Assembly (NCBI GenBank): GCA_964016885.1
Contig: OZ024742.1
Location: forward strand, 283,526,001 to 283,590,000
Source of the DNA: Eledone cirrhosa
Taxonomy: Eukaryota
DNA length: 64,000 nt
Direction: 5' to 3'
The position numbers were made by a program, and so were the translations under genes. Each line of letters begins with the position of its first letter. Within the stretch, counting starts at the first letter, position 1. Shown piece after piece: positions 33,114-46,904 of the stretch. The notes under the pieces are model-generated. The model saw nothing but the letters and a program-made list of their open reading frames with translations. It ran no database searches and was not told the origin of the DNA.

Positions 33114-33373
33114 GTGTGTATGTATGTCTCTATATTTATGTATGTCTGAGTGTGTGTGTGTATGTGCTTGTGTGCATATATACATGGGTATGTGTGTGTA
33201 TGTATATATACGTATATGTGTGTGTGTGTATATATATGTGTGTATATATATGTGTGTGTGTGTATATATATATGTATATATATATATATATATGTGTGTA
33301 TATATATGTATGTGTATATATGTGTGTATATGTGTGTGTACATATATGTATATATGTGTGTTGTGTGTATGTG

Positions 33374-33455
<82 letters not shown>

Positions 33456-34232
33456 TGTATTTATATGTATGAGTATATATTTTACTTGGTTTTATGTATA
33501 TGCATACAAACAGGTTAATATGCGTGAGGTTAAGTATGTGTATGTGTGTGTGTGTACGTATGTATGTATCGAACGTATGGATGTGTAAATGTGCGTATGT
33601 ATATAAGCATGTATATTTTATGTCTCTCTTTTATGTTTTTTTATGTTTTTATTATATTTCTTTTATTATATTTCTTTTTATTTCTAAATTTATAGATACA
33701 TTTTTATAAATACGCTGAGTCTGACACCCTCCTTAATTACTTACTCCCTTACCTCCTTTTAATTCTGCATTTAGATGTAAGTGTGTGTGGCCGTGTTTAT
33801 GTGTGCGCCTCAATATCCATATAGTTATAATAATAATATATACGTATGTGTGTGTGTGTGTGTATATATGTGTGTGTGTGTGTTCGTAGGTACGTGTATG
33901 TTTATGTGTATATGCGTGTGTGTGTATGAATGTATGTATATGTGTGTATATATGTGTGTATATATATATGTATATGTATGTATTTTTTGTCTGTGGATTA
34001 TAAACATACTGAGACATTAGCCCTAAATTTTTATATTTACATACATTTTTTCGACATGCGTATGCATGTGAACATACATTTTTATGCATATCTGTGAACG
34101 AAGTTACTTACATATATACACACACCTAACTGTATTTTCTTGATGAATTTTTATGTATTTCATTGGTCTATTTAAAATCTGTTCCCAAACAGACCTCTAA
34201 TTTTGAATTGTTGTTATTATCAATAAATATAC

Positions 34233-34375
34233 TTCATTATTTCTGAAGACAGCATATATATGTGATGGTATGTATATTCTATTTGATAGTTTGTATAATT
34301 TTGCACATAGATCTTTTGAATATGCATGCCAATTCTAACACATATATGTCCTAGAAACGATCGTTAAATAATGAA
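34233..34375 (+). ncRNA. Type I hammerhead with a ~104-nt extended stem II (mirror copy - 26211-26353)
   Basis: ttcattattt-CTGAAGA-(34250-34353)-GAAA-cgatcg-TT-aaataatgaa; perfect 10-bp stem I; the insert is closed by atatatgtg/cacatatat. Confidence 0.78.
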
Positions 34376-34445
34376 CTTTTTTTGTTTAATATAAGGAACT
34401 GTTTCATTGTTTTATTCATTATTTTTTTAATATTTTATATATATT

Positions 34446-34479
<34 letters not shown>

Positions 34480-34521
34480 TATTTATATATATTTATATAT
34501 ATATATATATTTTTATATATT

Positions 34522-34610
<89 letters not shown>

Positions 34611-34638
34611 ATATTTATATATATATTTATATATATAT

Positions 34639-34766
<128 letters not shown>

Positions 34767-34769
34767 ATT

Positions 34770-34933
<164 letters not shown>

Positions 34934-34943
34934 AATATATATT

Positions 34944-35020
<77 letters not shown>

Positions 35021-35154
35021 ATTTATATATATATATTTATATATATATATTTATATATATATAACTTTGACTTTGAATAACTTTGAAATGTTTTGGCCAG
35101 TATTGGCCCAGGCCATGTCTAACTTAATAGCACCACCTGGCGAAGTCTTTCAAT

Positions 35155-37851
35155 TCAGGATTTGGGCACCATGGCCCATTCGAGAAGAGAATTACTGTTT
35201 GCGGAGACATATCCGGGTGTGGGTGGTTTGTCCGGGATTACTTGGAGGAATTTGTCCAAAGACTTCTTGAATTTTGTGTGGTCAGTTTCTGTTTTGACGT
35301 GTCCTGGTGTGATGTTGAAGAGAGCAGGGCCGATTGAGGTGAAATAATTGTGCCGTATTGTTGTTATGAGTTGCGATTTAGATTTTTGAATGGGACGGAT
35401 AGCACGGGGCCCAAGCCTTGGGTGTATCTTGAAGGCGATGCCAACATCATTTGGGCAGTGATGATGGAACATTTTCCACATCATGCAGATAATATAACGC
35501 TCACGGCGACGTTGGAGTGAGTAAAGTTTCAGGTTTTCCAATCGACCCCAGTAGTCAAGGTCTGACATGCCATCTATCTTTTTCGTGATTGCCCTTTGAG
35601 GAGCTTCAAGTTTCATGATACTTTGTTTCGTGTGGGGAGACCACAGTGGACAACAGTATTCAAGGTGTGGTCGGGCGAAAGTAGAGAAGAGAAGGATAAT
35701 GGTGCGGGAATCTCTCGACTGGAAGGTTCTGAGGATCCAGGAACACATTCTGCGGGCCATGTCAACTTTGCTGCTTATATGCGTGGTCCAGCTTATGTTG
35801 CTGTCCACGGTTACTCCCAAGTCTCTGATGTTGTTAGATGCCACGAGAGTTTCCCCGGAGGGAAGGGAGTACGGGAGTTTCAGAGCATCCTCTTTTCCAA
35901 AGTGGATCAGTTCGAATTTGTCTTCGTTCAGTAACATGTTGTTCTTTTCTGCCCATTGGGTAACAGCCAGTAGGTCTGACTGAAGGCTTATCCGGTCATC
36001 CACGCCATTGATGACCTTTTGGAGCTTGGAATCATCAGCGAAAATTTTAATGTTGCTGTGTTTGATGATGTCAGTGATGTCATTAATATAGATGATGAAG
36101 AGAAGTGGGCCCAACACAGTGCCTTGTGGGACTCCACTACTGACTTTGGCTGGGCTTGATTTGACTCCCTCAACTACAACATGTTGGGTTCTGTTTGACA
36201 GGAAGCTCTTGATCCACTGCAGCAGCTTTCCAGTGACACCAATATTGGACAGCTTTCTCAGTAGAATGTTATGATCAACCCTGTCAAAGGCCTTGCTGAA
36301 ATCAAGGTAGATAACATCAGTGTTGGAACCCTCTCCCAAGGCTCTCAAAATGTCATCAAAGTGATGCAGTAGTTGCGTCAGGCAATCCCTTCCATTACGG
36401 AATCCATGCTGGTTGGAGTTCAGCATATTGTTACTCTCAAGGAAGTGGGTCATTCGCGATCTCACCACTCGCTCAAATACCTTAATGATATGAGAGGTGA
36501 GTGAGATTGGACGGTAATTCACGGCAAGGGATTTGTTTCCCTTTTTGAAAACTGGGACAACAGACTGGGATAGAAGGTTTTCTGGCACATATCCAGCATC
36601 CAGTGAGTTCCGCCACAGATTGGCAAGAGGAGAAGCAAGTTGGTGTTGACACGCCTTCAAGACACAAGCAGGGAACCTATCGGGACCTACTGCTGAATTA
36701 TGCTTGATTTCCTTTATTGCCGCCAAGACATCAGGGGCGCCAAACGTTATGTCCGATAAGGTGTAATGGGGAGTAACATCGCCGATACAGCCCAGATCGG
36801 CCATATCAGGATTGCTGAAAACAGAGCAGTATTGTTTCTGCAGTATCTCACCCATGGTTTTAGCATTGTCTTGAAGAGTGCCATTTTCATCAATTAGAGG
36901 GCCAACAGTAGAGCCAGTGATTTTGTGTTTTTTTGCAAATGAAAAGAACACTTTGGGATTGAGTTTGATCTTCTCAATGGCCCAGGCCTCTTCAGCTCTT
37001 CTCTGATTGTTGATGAGGGACATTATGTTGTTTTGGAGGTTATGTTTTTTAATCTCTAGTGATGAAATGGCAGTCAAGTTGATGTGTTGCTGCTGACAGT
37101 ATTTCAGATTGTTGATTTTTTTGTTCGTTCTCTTAATTTTTCTGATGAGCGTTTTTCTATTTCTAGGGATTCTGCTCTTAGATTTGTTTATAGTTCTTAA
37201 TGGGGTGTGTTTAGCACATATGTTTGTAACAGTGTCCACAAATGTCTGCCAGGACTTTTTGATGTTAGTGGGTGTATGAGTGTGCGTGAAGGACCAGTCG
37301 ACATGTGCAAGATCATGACTGATCGCTTCCCAGTTTGCATTGTGGAAATCCATAGCGTCAAACGGATGGACAGGAGAAATGACATTGGGTTTGTATATTG
37401 GACGGTGGAATCTCAGATCACAGAGAACCATGTCATGATCAGAGAGTAGAGTTTTCTCCACTGCAATATTGTGGATATTGTCAGTGTGATTGCTGAAAAT
37501 TAAGTCTAGGACGTTTTTGTGGCACCTCGTTGGTTCGAGCACTAGTTGGGATAGGAAGAAATCATCCATGAAGTCAAGAAGCGATTCCACAGCTTCCCTG
37601 TCAGAGGTTGAGGCAGAAGAACCTGGTGGCAGGGTGTTTGTGGACCAGTCAACTCCGGGGAGGTTGAAGTCCCCCATCATTAAGATGTTGTCAGGGTGAC
37701 ACTCTTGGATGAAACACTTTATGCTGTTGAGGCATTCCTTGAAGCATGGTACAGGCGTTTGGGGTGGCCTATAGAGCCCAACTACTAATAGGTTGTTGGT
37801 TTGACTGAATACAGTGACTGCCTCACAGTATCCATTAGTGAATATGTTCAT
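35155..37851 (-). CDS. LINE ORF2 (APE endonuclease + reverse transcriptase), uninterrupted 898 aa, 5'-truncated element; CR1/L2-group-like
   Basis: GLYRPP, MGDFN, PTR---LDL, SDH (EN); [30 protein letters not shown] (RT). Short 3' UTR with tcaaagt repeats; both ends abut (TA)n. Confidence 0.93.
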   Translation of the reverse strand: MNIFTNGYCEAVTVFSQTNNLLVVGLYRPPQTPVPCFKECLNSIKCFIQECHPDNILMMGDFNLPGVDWSTNTLPPGSSASTSDREAVESLLDFMDDFFLSQLVLEPTRCHKNVLDLIFSNHTDNIHNIAVEKTLLSDHDMVLCDLRFHRPIYKPNVISPVHPFDAMDFHNANWEAISHDLAHVDWSFTHTHTPTNIKKSWQTFVDTVTNICAKHTPLRTINKSKSRIPRNRKTLIRKIKRTNKKINNLKYCQQQHINLTAISSLEIKKHNLQNNIMSLINNQRRAEEAWAIEKIKLNPKVFFSFAKKHKITGSTVGPLIDENGTLQDNAKTMGEILQKQYCSVFSNPDMADLGCIGDVTPHYTLSDITFGAPDVLAAIKEIKHNSAVGPDRFPACVLKACQHQLASPLANLWRNSLDAGYVPENLLSQSVVPVFKKGNKSLAVNYRPISLTSHIIKVFERVVRSRMTHFLESNNMLNSNQHGFRNGRDCLTQLLHHFDDILRALGEGSNTDVIYLDFSKAFDRVDHNILLRKLSNIGVTGKLLQWIKSFLSNRTQHVVVEGVKSSPAKVSSGVPQGTVLGPLLFIIYINDITDIIKHSNIKIFADDSKLQKVINGVDDRISLQSDLLAVTQWAEKNNMLLNEDKFELIHFGKEDALKLPYSLPSGETLVASNNIRDLGVTVDSNISWTTHISSKVDMARRMCSWILRTFQSRDSRTIILLFSTFARPHLEYCCPLWSPHTKQSIMKLEAPQRAITKKIDGMSDLDYWGRLENLKLYSLQRRRERYIICMMWKMFHHHCPNDVGIAFKIHPRLGPRAIRPIQKSKSQLITTIRHNYFTSIGPALFNITPGHVKTETDHTKFKKSLDKFLQVIPDKPPTPGYVSANSNSLLEWAMVPKS

Positions 37852-37908
37852 AGCCTCTGTTGAGAAAGAATTATGGACATAAATGGCATAAATATATATA
37901 TATATATT

Positions 37909-37975
<67 letters not shown>

Positions 37976-38022
37976 ATATTTATATATATATTTATATATA
38001 TATATTTATATATATATATATT

Positions 38023-38053
<31 letters not shown>

Positions 38054-38056
38054 ATT

Positions 38057-38143
<87 letters not shown>

Positions 38144-38196
38144 ATATATTTATATTTATATTTATATATATATATATATTTTTATATATATATATT

Positions 38197-38249
<53 letters not shown>

Positions 38250-39211
38250 TGGTACTTTTGAGCTGACCTTTGGGAGGCTCTCATACAGCTCTGAGTTCTT
38301 CATCCTCAGTGTATACTGATTAATGTTCAGAGCCATCCCCAGCATTCTCGTGTAGCACCCATCCACCATCTGAGTGAGTTTCTTGGTCAGTGTCCAAGTG
38401 TCAGAGCCGTACAGCAGCACAGACTCCACTACAGCAATGAAGAGACAGATCTTCAGGTATTCACGAAGGTTCAACTACCACACCGATCTCAAACTGTGGC
38501 ACGCCGCCCAAACTTTGCTCTTCCTCTGAACCACATCATCTTCCGTATTCCCAATCTTTGCTCCCGAATACAGGAAGTCCTCAACTAATTCCCAAAAGTC
38601 AGCTCAAAAGTGACACAGAGGAGACTGAGGTAATCTGGACATGCTCACCGACTTCCAGAGTTGACACTGCACTCAATGCTCCTGTGGGTGCCCCTGCATG
38701 GACACACTGGAAGAGGAAGACCAAGGTTAACGTATGTTGATGCCCTAAGGACAGACACTCAAGCGTTAACCTAATATATTCCTTCCATACATTGTACCGA
38801 TTGTGTTGTTATTTCTGTTTACCTTTTCATACATACATATATGTGTGTGTCTGTGTGCGTGTGTGCAAATCAAGATAGAACCACTTTGAAACTAATTATA
38901 CCATTACTCAACAGAGTACTCAATACTTGGGGTAGTAGAGAATCGCTCTATTATAAAGAGTCGGGACCAGACGGCTGAACTCTTGCCGTTTCAACAGCTA
39001 GTTCCAAACTTGTCGGGAACTAGCTATTGAGTCCTGACTCTTTATTCTATATACATACATACATACATGCTTACATGCACACATGCACACATACATGCAT
39101 ACATACATACATACATACATACATACATGCATGCATACATACATACATACATACATACATACATACATACATACATACATACATACATACATACATACAT
39201 ACATACATACA

Positions 39212-39772
39212 TGGTGGCTGCCAACTCGTTTTCGAGTACGGCCACTACTCTATATCCATGCAGGAGAACCCCTACCGATGTGCTGAACGAGTGTGACTTT
39301 TTAGTCCAGCCACCGACTTGAAAACTCTGGTACAAACACTATACTTGTGACAACCATTGACACATAGTGCTGGGCCCATGGTACCATGTGACGACAAGTG
39401 CAGAGAGATCTCCAGATATAAAGCAATGCCTGTGCCGTGAAGCTTTTATAGTGAGCAAAGGCACTGCACAAAGCCAGTCCCACTCTCTTAACCAAGATGA
39501 TATTTACCAAAAAGAAGAACAAGTCAACATCATTGGATACCATCAGAGTTGCAGGTGTTATATCAGAGTTTTCCTTCTCCTAGAATTCTGCCTTGACAAA
39601 GGCTAAGGGGTCATCTCTCCCAGTGATTTTGGATGGCCATTGACTCTTAAGAGTTCCTTTGCCCTTTGACAGGTTTTGTTTTTAGTCCTGCAGGATGTCC
39701 AAAGTCACCCTCCTCACCAAGGAAACCTTGGTGGGGGTTGCCAGTTTAGTCGCCAACGACCCGACCATGAGA
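39212..39772 (-). mobile_element. Non-autonomous retroposon, probably RTE-derived, in (TACA)n; 5'-truncated copy at 42776-43230 (+)
   Basis: Two near-identical copies, each flanked on both sides by (TACA/TGTA)n; 3' hairpin ggc..actcg(aaaa)cgagt..gcagcc runs into the tail. Confidence 0.7.
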
Positions 39773-40149
39773 CATACATACATACATACATACATACATA
39801 CATACATACATACATACATACATACATACATACATACATACATACATACATACATACTATAGTACCTGCCTACAGTTTATTCCATGTATGTTTATTCCAA
39901 AATATGTTGTTTTCATAGTAGATATTGTTCACATACATTTAAGAGTATGTGTAAATAACAGTCCTATATTTAGTTTATATCAACATGTAAAATGTTTATT
40001 ATCCTTTCTCTAGATTTCTGTATGTATACATGATCTTGTAATCATTGGGATTTGAACAAAAAGAAATGAACGTGTATGGATGTGTATATTGACAAAAGTA
40101 TGTATCATTAATATATGTGTGGCTATGTATCTATAAATGAGCCATTAAT

Positions 40150-40792
40150 ATTTTCTGATTTAGGCACACGTCTAGCAATTTGGAGGGAAGGAAAGTTGAT
40201 TAAAGTAACTCAAGTGTATTACTGGTGCTTTATTTGTCGACCCCCATAAGGATGAAAAGCAAAGCTAACCTCGGCGGGAATTGAACTCAGAATGTAAAGG
40301 GCCAATACTCTATGCCGCGAAGCATGTTGTCCGATGCTCTACCGATACTGCCAATCCACCATCCTTAATAATGGTTTCTTATATTGGCACAAGGCCAACA
40401 ATTTTAGGGGAGGTAGAAGTCGATTAAATCGACCCCAGAGCGCGACTAGTACTTTATTTTATCCACCCCGTAAGGATGAAAGGCAAAGCTAACCTCGGCG
40501 GGATTTGAACTCAGACCGTAAAGGGCCGTGACTCTATGTCGCGAAGCATGTTGTCCGACGCTCTACCGATACTGCCAATCCACCGCCTAACTGGTGCTTA
40601 TAATAATTGTTTCTACTTTAGGCACAAGGCCAGCAATTACCCAGTGTATTACTGGTACTTTATTTTATCGACCCCGTAAGGATGAAAGGCAAAGTCAACC
40701 TCGGCGGGATTTGAACTCAGATCGTAAAGGGACGTAACTATGCTGGAAAGCATGGCGTCCGACCCTCTACCGATACTGCCAATCCACCGCCC
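40150..40792 (-). mobile_element. Three head-to-tail copies of the tRNA-derived SINE (~40155-40362, 40370-40588, 40602-40792)
   Basis: Repeated aggatgaaaggcaaag..aacctcggcgggatttgaactcag...ctaccgatactgccaatccaccgcc. Confidence 0.88.
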
Positions 40793-41310
40793 TAAAACAA
40801 CTAATAATACAATCAAATGAACTCTCAATATAATGCTGACGAAAGAATATTCTAAAGAGACTAATTAAATAAATAGAACAATAAGTAGTCACTAATGATA
40901 GCTTGTAATTAGTTGTACTACACTGAAAAATGAAAACTGGATTACGTTCTACTGAGTAACAGCATCGATAATAGCAATCATTATATTATATGGAGATGTA
41001 TATGGAGATGTATGTCTGCATATATATTTTTATGCTATATATATATATATTATATGTGTGTGTATGAGCGTGTGTGTGCATGTATATAATTGTCTATATA
41101 AATATGCGTGCGGATGTATGTATATATGTATATATATATATATATATATAGGCGAGTCTGTGTTTATATATATATATATATATATAAGTATAGATATTGT
41201 GTGTGTGTGTGCGTGTGTAATGTATATAATTGTCTATATAAATATGCGTGTGTGTATGTATGTATATATGTATATAAATATGCGTGTTGGTGTTTTCATA
41301 TATATATATA

Positions 41311-41345
<35 letters not shown>

Positions 41346-42233
41346 ATATTTATGTATAAATGTAGGTATTGTGTGTGTATGTGCGTGTGGACGTATGTAT
41401 GTATGTATGTACATATATTTGTGTCTGTGCTTATATATATGCATATTTATTTATAAGTATGCCTATTGTGTGTGTATGTGCGAGTGTTTGCATGTATATA
41501 ATTGTCTATATAAATATGCGTGTGTATGTATATATATATATGCGTGTCTGCGTTTATAAATATATATATATGCATATTTATGTATAGGTATTGTGTGCGT
41601 GTGCGTGTGTGTGCGTGTGACCAGAATCAGGAGCAGTAGCCAGACAAATAATATACCGTACTAAAAACAGTAAAACAAATCATGGCTGCAACATATCACA
41701 AAATTAGATTGCGTGTTAAATGCAATGCTGCAATTACATCTAATATCAGTTCTTAACAACAAGAAACTACACACTAATATAAGCAATGCAATATATAGAT
41801 TTTCTTGTTCAGACGCTTGTTGCGGACGTCATAATAATACATTCTACAGTACAATTCACCTTTGAGAAATTCTTATCACAATATAGTTAGTGAACTATAT
41901 TGAAAGTGTGTAAGCACACAAACAATATATGTTATATGTGTATGCTTCAAAATCCGTCGGTAAATCTCAGATACTCACCACAAGAAACTACTAAGAATTA
42001 TCAGCATGAAGGCAATGAAACTGGCGATGGACAAAATGTCTTACGGTATAAATATGTTCAGGTTTCTCTGCAGTTTGAGTTCAAATCTCGGCGAGCTCAA
42101 ATTTTCTGTTTATCCTTTGAGCATCGATACTGGGTCAAGAGTTGGTTTAGCAGGAGGGATGAGTGTAGATCAGCTGTTATTTTACGGTGTTTTCTGGGTG
42201 TTTTTTTAACGGGTTAAGGCAACCAACGGTGTT

Positions 42234-42331
<98 letters not shown>

Positions 42332-42733
42332 GCATTCGTGAGTTTATAATAATAATATTATTAATATTCGATTCGTTTGCAACCAAATAGCCTCATAACG
42401 CCATATATTTTAGACGACTATCGTCATCCTTTTGTTCTAGTGGTAGCATAGAGAAACTATCGACAATTGTTTCAGGGTTATTGCCCCTTGTCAAAATAGT
42501 GTATCTCCTTTTCTGCTACACACTAGAACTCTTGGGAATATATAGTATTCTCTAAAGTATATATCGGCTGATTAGCCTAAATTGCGTACCGAGCGATTTT
42601 ACGGCTGGCTTTGCCGAAAATTGAAAACAAAATTTGTTTTCGCTCTAACATAGCGGATACATAAATGCATTTGTGAATTTTATATTGCTATGTTAGAACG
42701 AAAACAAATTTTGATTTTTAATTTGTGTTTCCT

Positions 42734-42767
<34 letters not shown>

Positions 42768-43553
42768 TGTATGTAGGTCAAAGGAGCTCTTAAGAGTCAA
42801 TGGCCATCCAAAATCACCGGGAGAGATGACCCCTTAGCCTTTGTCAAGGCAGAATTCTAGGAGAAGGAAAACTCTGATATAACACCTGCAACCCTGATGG
42901 TATCCAATGATGTTGACTTGTTCTTCTTTTTGGTAAATATCATCTTGGTTAAGAGAGTGGGACTGGCTTTGTGCAGTGCCTTTGCTCACTATAAAAGCTT
43001 CACGGCACAGGCATTGCTTTATATCTGGAGATCTCTCTGCACTTGTCGTCACATGGTACCATGGGCCCAGCACTATGTGTCAGTAATTGTCACAAGTGTA
43101 GTGTTTGTACCAGAGTTTTCAAGTCGCTGGCTGGACTAAAAAGTCACACTCGTTCAGCGCATCGGTAGGGGTTCTCCTACATGGATATAAAGTAGTGGCC
43201 GTACTCGAAAACGAGTTGGCAGCCACCATGTATGTATGTATGTATGTATGTATGTATGTATGTATGTATGTATGTATGTATGTGTGTATGTATGTGTGTA
43301 CACACACACAATTTTAGCCCGTTTCTTTCTCTCATCTACTTTTCTACTTCTTCTTCTACCTCTTATCCTATCTTCCGATGAAGGAATAACGTCCGAAGCG
43401 TTATGAACCTTTCCCTATCATATCAATTGTTAAATTAATATATATCATTGTTCTCCTTCATTGTTTTCCTCATTCACTTCTCGCACACATACATGCGCAT
43501 GCACACACGCGCATGCACACACGCGCATGCACACGCGCATGCACACGCGCATG

Positions 43554-43596
<43 letters not shown>

Positions 43597-43607
43597 TACC
43601 GTTTCAG

Positions 43608-43849
43608 TTGATCGTATTGAAGATGTGATAGACTGGAAGAAAGTTGTTCAGAAGTATTTACAGCTGAAAGGGATCAAGGAGACTGATGATGAAGCCGAGA
43701 CCTCCAACATGAACAATCCTGGAATGACTGCTGTTGGTGGAGGTGGAGGTGGTGGTGGTGGTGGCGGTGATGGTGTTGGTGGTGGTGGTGGTGGTGGCGG
43801 TGCTGGTGGCGGCGGTGATGGCGCCACCTACAATAAAACAGCCGACTGA
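43608..43849 (+). CDS. Possible terminal coding exon of an unidentified host gene (Gly-rich C-terminus)
   Basis: tttcag acceptor at 43602-43607 followed by DRIEDVIDWKKVVQKYLQLKGIKE...poly-Gly...stop; no family recognised. Confidence 0.3.
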
Positions 43850-44124
43850 AACAAATAAATATTTAGAATATATTCGAGTATTTTTTGTTTTGTTTTGACA
43901 GGTTTTGGTTATTAGACTGTCGCCATGTTGGGACACCGCCTTGATTTTGTAGATGTAATATCTATAGTTTACCAAATGTATACAAAGGAAGGGGAAAGGA
44001 AAAACACACACAAGCAGCTAATACACACATTTGGGACCACATACAACAAAAGGCAGGCGAAAGGGGTGGGCAAATGAGCCGCTACCAGAGTAAAAGATAA
44101 CAGTATCGCGAGGAGAACTGGGAA

Positions 44125-44440
44125 ACCTCTCTAATATTTTTTTAGGCAAGCCAGCATGCTCGCACCGTTACCTCGGGTGATGGCGAGACTGAGGTGCTTG
44201 AACAACCAAGCGCCCTCAGAAGCATCACCAGTTACTTCTGTTAGACGAGCCGCCTGTGAAGATAGGAATTTCGCAGTCAGTAGCCCAACTTCCCCAAACA
44301 TTTCGAACGCCACAGGCTGGAAAATGTATTCGCTGACAGATCACGGTATCTTAGGATTTTGCTCCGTTCGGCTGCGGATGCTGTAGTTCTCGCCCTTACC
44401 CCTGCATCCAGGATGTGGGAAGAAGCAAAAGAGTCACTAA
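44125..44440 (-). mobile_element. Restriction-like endonuclease C-terminus of a CRE-like non-LTR element (relic)
   Basis: F-PVAFE-FG--G-----FL------L---TGD--E---L---LSLAI-RGN-AS-L pattern. Confidence 0.7.
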
Positions 44441-45051
44441 CTGGTATTCTATTTATCGACTTCGAAATGATGAAAAGCCAAAGTTGATGTCAGTGGGATT
44501 TGCAGTGAGTCAGAACAAATTACTGAGGTATTTTTAATCTGACACCCTGCGCCTTATTTTTCGATATTAATCGGATCTAAGCTTGAAGCATATGTAGCGC
44601 TGATTTGTAAATCCCTAACTATAAGAAACAAATACATAACACTTCTCACGAATTCTTTCCAGATATTCAAACTTCTGCATATATATATATATATATATTT
44701 CTCACACTTAGTACGGCTGTTACTTAAATATAAGTGTGTATACGTACATACATATATACAAATCTCAAAATGCGGACGAATGGTAGAGGTATTTAAATGT
44801 ATTCTATTTTCTCCTAGTTTATTTTATACCTAATTCTGTTTAATTGACTGTATCTGGGCGATTACGCTGTCGAAATATTCGATAAATATTCCGTTGCGGC
44901 CGACGCGAAGGGCTAGTTTCGGTTATTTGTTGGAGATTTCTTCATAGAAGCCTCATTCTTATAGCCTATTCAATTTTTTATATAGTTAATTATGTTAATT
45001 GGGAGAGGAAATGGTATATATTTTATCTTATGATTCTATAGACATGTTTTA

Positions 45052-45107
<56 letters not shown>

Positions 45108-45241
45108 TCATTAAAAACAACAGAAGAGCGGGGACTGGAAACTCTCTTTAAAATTTTAATTCCGTGAAATGATGTAAGACTTAGGCGATTTCATCAGGTC
45201 TTGATTTCAGATTTAGTTATATAAGATAACAAGATTATGGC

Positions 45242-45419
45242 CAGTGCCGTATTTAGAACAATGAGGTCCTGTGTTAGTTAAGTTATGAGACCCCTTACTT
45301 GGGCCCTGAAGGAGGTAGGCCCGATAGGCCTACACAGGCAGTCAGGAAGATGCCCCCCCCCCTGGCCAAGGGGACCCTGTGCTTAAGCACACCTAATCAC
45401 AATAGTATATCCTGCACTG
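45242..45419. mobile_element. hAT-type MITE
   Basis: Termini cagtgc...gcactg; flanks attatggc and attacagc (degenerate 8-bp TSD). Confidence 0.55.
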
Positions 45420-45539
45420 ATTACAGCGAACACAAATAGAGAATAGAAAATAGAGAAATAGAGGATAGATTTGATTCGGGGATGGCTCTCTAATTCGGTG
45501 TTGTTGTAACGGCAAACCATCCCTGAATAATCACCAGTT

Positions 45540-46200
45540 CTCTCTCTTGGTACGCTAAAATCCGCCAGTTACAGACTGCGCATCAACATGAGATATCTCT
45601 CCCCACCAAGTTCGATTCCCAGCAGCAAAGTTCAAAGAGCAAAGATCAAGTCCAGTCCATAAGTTGACATTGTCAAGCCATCGTTTTGGCTGCCAGCCTC
45701 TGCTTCTCTTACCAGCCGACCTTCTTTCCAGGCATAATCTACTCACACCGCGAGTTGATCTTTTTATATGGCCGTATAGTTTGAGTACTCTTGACTTGAC
45801 AATTGATGTGATTGGTCTACGTTTGGTAATATTGAGTAGCTCACTGATACAGATACGGTCGCTGAGCCACTTGCCAGTCATAAGTCTCATGATGTGGTTC
45901 TGGAAAGTAGAGAGCCTCTGAGGTGACCTAGTCGTCCAATTAACACAGTCAAGACCATATATGGTAGGATGTAAGTATCAAAGATCTTAGCCTTCAAATG
46001 ATAGGAAACTCGTTTTGATGTTAGTACTTCCTTGTTCTTGTTGAAAGCTGCCCAATCTAGAGTGATTCGATATTACGCAGCAACCATTCCATTGTTGTTT
46101 GATGATAGTTTGTGATCGAGATATACAAACTCCGTAACTTGAGCAATTTGCTGGTTATAGATTGTGAGTTGAAGATTGGCATTGTTTCTATCAGTAGTCA
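45540..46200 (-). mobile_element. Decayed RTE-like LINE 3' region
   Basis: R-LKLYGHI-R...GKRSRG--PKRW-D-V in ORF 45555-45890; QVTEFVYL upstream. Confidence 0.75.
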
Positions 46201-46412
46201 TTTGGTAGACAACATAACATAAATGGTGAAGTGTCTATGTATGCCTTGTATGCCATGCTATGTATGCCATGCATTACTTTTGTCAAGGATAAATAATTTT
46301 TGTGTAATATAAAATTAATTATTGATAATTTTCAATCTCCTCATTGTACTCGTGATATATTTTTTTTATTTCCCATTCCTTCATTTCTTAAGATAAATTG
46401 TAAACAAACATT

Positions 46413-46904
46413 ATTGGCAGTATCGGTAGAGGGTCGGACGCCATGCTTTCCAGCATAGTTACGTCCCTTTACGATCCGAGTTCAAATCCCGCCGAGGTTA
46501 ACTTTGCCTTTCATCCTTACGGGGTCGATAAAATAAAGTACCAGTAATGTACTGGGTAATTGCTGGCCTTGTGCCTAAAGTAGAAACAATTATTTAAGAA
46601 AAGTAGTGAAAGCTTCTGTTTGCTTAACGAAAAAAAGAATAAAAAGTACTTTTAGCACGCTAGTAATTTTTATGAGTTGTTTCCCTTGACACTGCATTAT
46701 TTATAAAGGGGAGGGCGGTGGATTGGCAGTATTGGTAGAGGGTCGAACGCCATGCTTTCCAGCATAGTTACGTCCCTTTACGATCTGAGTTCGAATCCCG
46801 CCGCGGTTGACTTTGCCTTTCATCCCTACGGGGTCGATAAAATAAAAGTACCAGTAATGCACTGGGTAATTGCTGGCCTTGTGCCTAAAGTAGAAACAAT
46901 TATT
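46413..46904 (+). mobile_element. Two young copies of the tRNA-derived SINE (46413-46594, 46713-46904); others at 11873-11945, 49288-49470, 50810-50955 (-) and 51757-51900
   Basis: Near-identical to the copy at 28898-29078. Confidence 0.9.

Larger units (their letters stand above)
26152..34438. repeat. Giant inverted repeat with ~3.4-3.5 kb arms (26152-29671 and 31063-34438) around a PLE RT core
   Basis: ORF 28875-29660 (-) duplicates 31075-31660 (+); the AT-rich subrepeats, microsatellite mosaic and HHR are all mirrored. Confidence 0.95.

Noticed and set aside
43374-43405. ccgatga-agga...tcc-gaag hammerhead-like word; also ctgatga at ~45191 (-) and 52491
   Set aside because: Core mismatches or missing stems; not supportable
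46713-46800. tRNA gene
   Set aside because: A and B boxes are present, but the sequence is the head of a multicopy SINE with no cloverleaf
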